DNA of 63,396 nucleotides, counting the filler, from Cercozoa sp. M6MM (lineage: Eukaryota; Protista; Endomyxa: Ascetosporea), in the NCBI GenBank assembly GCA_040357565.1. It is 12 parts of 12 records of this genome, joined end to end, with 100 filler letters (N's around TTAATTAATTAA, not from the genome) between each part and the next. Parts side by side here need not be neighbours in the genome. Positions count along the whole stretch, not along the records: positions 54,525 to 58,190 come from JBDODJ010001363.1; positions 58,291 to 62,290 come from JBDODJ010001246.1; positions 62,391 to 63,396 come from JBDODJ010002231.1; 9 more parts are not named here. One strand, 5' to 3'. Position 1 is the first letter of the stretch; every line of letters starts with the position of its first letter. The translations under genes were made by a program, and so were the position numbers. Shown here piece after piece: positions 57,032 through 63,396 of the stretch. The notes beneath the pieces are model-generated. The model worked only from the letters and a program-made list of their open reading frames with translations, had not been told where the DNA came from and searched no databases.

Positions 57032-57223
57032 CCAACCGAACGTAGCGTACTAGCGAAATACCTACACTCGGTTTAGTTACTCGACTACCGCGTTAGTCAG
57101 CGTAGTCACTTGCAGAGGTGTCGTGTGCACGCGTCAATCGAGTTGTAGTCGAGTACTCCGCTCCGCTACTCGACCGGGCGGCTGCAGGGACGGGAGGCCG
57201 ACGAGAGGCCGCTCTTGCGTTGT

Positions 57224-57251
57224 GACCCACCCCAGACTGGTGCAGGGGAAC
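57224..57251 (-). repeat. Dispersed 28-bp element GTTCCCCTGCACCAGTCTRGGGTGGGTC, copy 1
   Basis: 27/28 identical to 59654-59681 on another contig. Confidence 0.8.
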
Positions 57252-57329
57252 GACTGCTTACTGTAGTTGGTGTCATATAACGTCGCGTAAGACTCAACGA
57301 ACAAACTCGACTAACGTGCATGACGGAAA

Positions 57330-58142
57330 CTAACGTCGCCTTGAAGAAACGTTAGAAAAAAGCAGCTTTCGTTTCTTCAAGGCGACAAAAGACGCCGAAT
57401 CGGCCATCTGACGACGCTGCGCACGCGCTTGATCCTACACGGACAGTTTGCGTTGGATATCAGGACAGAGCGAGAGATCAGTAGGCACCTAAATAACAGC
57501 AGCAGCAGTGCAAGGACGGCTGCAATGCCAGCGGCCTTTCGTCGTTCCTGTCGTCGCGCCTGCTTGAGTCGAGTCAAGTCGTGCTGCAGCTACACAACAC
57601 AAACAGATTTATTGAAAGATACAAATACATATATATATATATATATATATAGATAACATACGCAAGATAAAACATATATATATATATATATACGATGGTA
57701 CCTGCTGCACGGCAGACAGCGCGTGCGAGAGCTGCGTGTCCAGCGAGTCGCGCTGTGAGCGCAGCGACCGCACCCGCCGCGTGCACTCGCGCAGCAGCTC
57801 AGCCTGCTGCCGCAGCGAGTCCACCACGCGCCGAGGCACGCGTGGCTTGGCTGTGGGGCAGGGGTAACGGTAGAGGTACGGGATAGAAGGTAGGGGAGGG
57901 GAGGGATAGGGTAGGGAGGGTAGAGTAGGGTAGGGGCAGGGTAGGGGTAGGGTAGGGGTAGGGTACGAGGTAAAGTAAACTGGCGGGTAGGGGAAGAAGG
58001 TAGTGGGAGAGGGTGGCGGACAAAGCACAGTACCTGCAGGCAGAGACAACTGCCTTGACGTTTGGTTCGCAATGGTTTTGTTTCGAGTGTGCGTGCTGGT
58101 CGACTCAGGCACTGTCATGGCGTCACTGTTGTTGTTGTTGTT

Positions 58143-58190
<48 letters not shown>
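57330..58190 (-). CDS. Coiled-coil protein with a C-terminal hydrophobic segment, 3' part
   Basis: Poly-N tract, heptad-rich exons, then GIAAVLALLLLLF. The end is approximate. Confidence 0.45.
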
Positions 58191-58290
58191 NNNNNNNNNN
58201 NNNNNNNNNNNNNNNNNNNNNNNNNNNNNNNNNNTTAATTAATTAANNNNNNNNNNNNNNNNNNNNNNNNNNNNNNNNNNNNNNNNNNNN

Positions 58291-58343
<53 letters not shown>

Positions 58344-58362
58344 GATACCGTTCGCGTTGCAG

Positions 58363-59552
58363 TACCGCAACTTGATGGGGCTCATTTTGGTTTCAATCCC
58401 ACTGTCCGAGTTCGGAATGCTGCACATGACGGTGCCATTGGTTTTCGTTTGCCTATTTGGACGTCTTGTTGATCCCGTACCCAACGTGTCCTTGGGACTA
58501 TCTCGAGTGCGTACGTTCACGAACAATTTACATCCTACGATATTTGTATCTTGAATTGAAGCATGACGTTTTGTGCGGGCAGTGTACGGCGCCTACGGTG
58601 CACTGTTGGGCAACACAGCAACCGTGCTGCCGTTTGTTCGCTCCCGTCGACACCAGTAACCTCACGTACAAGCGCAAGAGTGCCCTGCATGTACAAACGT
58701 TCATGTAGGCTTCTGCTAGTGGCGCCGATCTTGCATATGCTGTGCGAAACGCACTACTTCCTCCTGATTGAAGGTGCTTGGACTCTGTCGGCGTTTAAGT
58801 TTGCGATGAAAGGTTCGCGCATTGGCCACTACGGGCACGGTAAATACATGATATGCGTATGCGCATTGCATACCGCTAGACCAAAGAAGTACAGTATACT
58901 AAAACAGTATGATATTGATGGTGTAGCACTCGGGCTCTACCTGGGCTTTATTTCTACCATTGCGCTGGCCGCTTGGTGGCGTCCATATCGCCGAGACGTC
59001 TGCAAAGAAGACACCACGCTCGTGCAGTTGAGTGTAGTTCCAGTGAGTGTTTCCATCTCGGCAGCACAACATATCGAAGGCGGAAGCGAGATGGAACTGC
59101 CACCCTCCGCGAGCTATCGCTTGGCGAACACGCACGACAAGTCGATGCGATATTTACGCATTGTCTCTGCCGTTGGCGGCACCATGTGGTTGCTTACGAC
59201 CATCATTTTGTACGACACGCTCAGTGAATTTTCATGGGTAGCCGTAGGGATGCTGTGACATTGTTTCCTCTTGATTCTCATAGTGTCTCGGTGCGCATCG
59301 GACTCTTCCAATCCACCGCTCCAATCGTTTGACGGTAACCCTAGGATTTGTATCATGCATGAGGACCACCACGTGGTTATAGCTCAACTGGCAAGTTTCA
59401 AGTTTCAGTTCCGTTCAATCGGGGTTCGTTCAGTCGGTTTACTCAACATGATCAGAACCGTTCGCTTCGCCGGATCGCTTCGCTTAACCGAACGTACTGA
59501 AACCGAAGTCGAAGCGAATGAAGTTGACGAAGGAACTGCCGTGATCCAATAA
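58363..59552 (+). CDS. Rhomboid-like intramembrane protein, 3' part
   Basis: Spliced NLMGLILVSIPL..GLSRV|LYGAYG..IGHYGH|ALGLYLG resembles the rhomboid GxSx and HxxHxxG helices. Confidence 0.5.
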
Positions 59553-59653
59553 TGAAAGTCATACGATACGTCACCAGCGCAGTGCCGGTACCGTACGGTA
59601 GCAAGCAAAGGTAGTTAGTTAGTTGAGTCTGTACGGAACCAACAGCGACGTCA

Positions 59654-59681
59654 GTTCCCCTGCACCAGTCTAGGGTGGGTC
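59654..59681 (+). repeat. Dispersed 28-bp element, copy 2
   Basis: Matches 57224-57251. An inverted CTGGTGCAGG lies at 59768-59777. Confidence 0.8.
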
Positions 59682-60366
59682 GAAAGTGCACGGCCATACC
59701 GCCCGCTTAAGTTAGGACCACCAGCTCCCCTTTGACGTTCCCTAAGACATCGGATCCGTTTTCATCGCTGGTGCAGGTAGCGGGCTAAAAGAAGAGAGGC
59801 GTCGACGGCGTCGCCTAGGCGTCGCAGGCTCTTGTTGCTTTTGTGTATTGTCTGTTTGCTGTTTCTCTAGTTTCCTGTGGTCTTTATCCACGTTTCCATT
59901 TCGTGGCTTGGGCGTCTGCGAGCTCGTTGAGGTATATCCCTATATAAGCGAAGGCACCCAGTGGATGGCCACTTGCATGTCTCTTGTCAGTGCATAGTTG
60001 TGCGTCCACTTCGTCCGGCTCCGCGTTTAGTGGCGTTGTGGGCGTAGGACAGTTCCTTTGTTGTGCTGTTTTTGTAACTCCCAGGTTTTTGCGTGTCTAA
60101 CGCATGGTCAGATTGCGACCTTTTCCGCGTCATAGATGGTGGCATTCGTAACACTTTTTCTATTGTCGGAGCTGAGTTCTTTCTCCACAGGATTCCCGGA
60201 GGTCACCCGTATCCGGCCATGTCCTCTGCGAGGCTACCATCGGAGCAAACGCTAAAATGCAAACATCGCAACAGACGTTGCAAACTGGCATCGTCAGTCC
60301 GATCGCAGGAAGTTTGTGATCACGTCAACGTTACGTTAGTCGAGTGCAGACAGGATAAGAATCGAA

Positions 60367-62216
<1,850 letters not shown>

Positions 62217-62242
62217 CTATTCGCATTTGTGTTTGTGCGCAG

Positions 62243-62290
<48 letters not shown>

Positions 62291-62390
62291 NNNNNNNNNN
62301 NNNNNNNNNNNNNNNNNNNNNNNNNNNNNNNNNNTTAATTAATTAANNNNNNNNNNNNNNNNNNNNNNNNNNNNNNNNNNNNNNNNNNNN

Positions 62391-62525
<135 letters not shown>

Positions 62526-62556
62526 CACACACATCAACCGAGCTGCTGAGATACCC

Positions 62557-62655
62557 GCCTGTCTGTAGCCAATCCTCACCAATGTCGACGCCATCCAGGC
62601 ACAGACTGTGAGCTAAGCTGCTTTCGTTCCGATCGATGCTGCCTGTCATCATCAT
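62557..62655 (-). CDS. Possible first exon of an unidentified gene
   Basis: ATG-started segment followed by a GT donor and a (TG)n intron; divergent from CLYBL. Confidence 0.3.
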
Positions 62656-62838
62656 GATCCTCCCGTTCGATCGACTCGAGTCACTCTGCAGCTACACTAA
62701 TAACCCGGCCTACTTATAGTTACATGACATGTATCTAAGTCGGCGATCGCACGTGCCTCGATTTTTTTAATTCCTCGCTTTGGTTGGCAACGCTCTGGAA
62801 GAGAAAACACGATCTAATTGATAAATCGAGCAGTTTAG

Positions 62839-63345
62839 ATGATTCCACGGACTGTACGCACAACTGGGCGCCATTTGCAGGCGCGTTTGGCGGCCGTGCT
62901 GCCAAACCGACCTCGTCGCAGCTTGCTTTATGTGCCCGCTTGTGCGTTTTGTTTCATGTCGTTCATCTCAAGGCCGTCAGTTCTCGTTTTATGTTGTTGT
63001 CGTAGCTTCCGAGAAGATGTTGCGAAAGGCGAGCACGCTGAAGTGTGACTCAGTGTGCCTCGATCTGGAGGTATATTATGTAATACCCCCCCCCCCTTGA
63101 TTTCCTATGAGAGTAGGACGGAGTGGCGGCCTCGGCTAAGGATTCGGCGCGAGAGCTGCTGCGAACCTGGCTGCCGCAACTCGACTTCGTGGCCGGCGAG
63201 GTGCTCGTGCGTGTCAACAAGTAGGCCAGGACATCAGCATGTGTCAGTGTGCTTGACGAGTCTGCGTTTGTTTAGTGAGGACGACGACATCCTGCGAGCC
63301 GATATCGACGATATTCTGGCCAACCCTGCGCTGCCGAATGGCATT
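62839..63345 (+). CDS. CLYBL: Citrate lyase beta-like / citramalyl-CoA lyase, 5' part
   Basis: PRRSLLYVPA|SSEKMLRKA..DSVCLDLE|DGVAASAKDSAR..LVRVN, with a transit-peptide-like N-terminus. Confidence 0.9.
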
Positions 63346-63396
63346 GTATCCTCCCTTCTTACCCCTACTCTTTACCCTCCTCCCTCCCCCCTATTT

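Overview
This window is about 12 short genomic contigs joined by artificial N-TTAATTAATTAA-N linkers, so gene neighbourhoods are real only within a contig. The source is a gene-dense, intron-rich microbial eukaryote using the standard genetic code; the lineage cannot be fixed from the sequence alone. Introns are mostly 40-90 nt GT-AG with weak donors (GTAC, GTAG, GTGC), and many are swollen by (TG)n, (TA)n or C-rich micro/minisatellites, where the assembly breaks. By manual splicing I recognise RPS26, CDC5L, V-ATPase A, VWA8, DPAGT1, a PLAC8 protein, an ASPM-like CH protein, PRIM2, BCDIN3D, CCDC25, an FHA...BRCT (MDC1-like) protein, a MYST acetyltransferase, HEATR3-like, a zf-4CXXC_R1 protein, RagA, malic enzyme, GGPP synthase, a phosphagen kinase, an EML-like WD40 protein, YIPF6, a rhomboid-like protein, NOP56 and CLYBL. 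Two large paralogous C3HC4 RING proteins lie on different contigs. The most notable observations are: frame-discordant coding sequence right after the RING in both paralogs; long first introns that appear to fold back on themselves; a dispersed CCTGCACCAG element downstream of stop codons; pervasive head-to-head gene pairs with a recurrent TATCGGCT motif; a zinc-less eS26; and a membrane-anchored, degenerate phosphagen kinase. No rRNA, tRNA, CRISPR array or intact transposon was seen. Family assignments rest on recalled motifs, not database searches.
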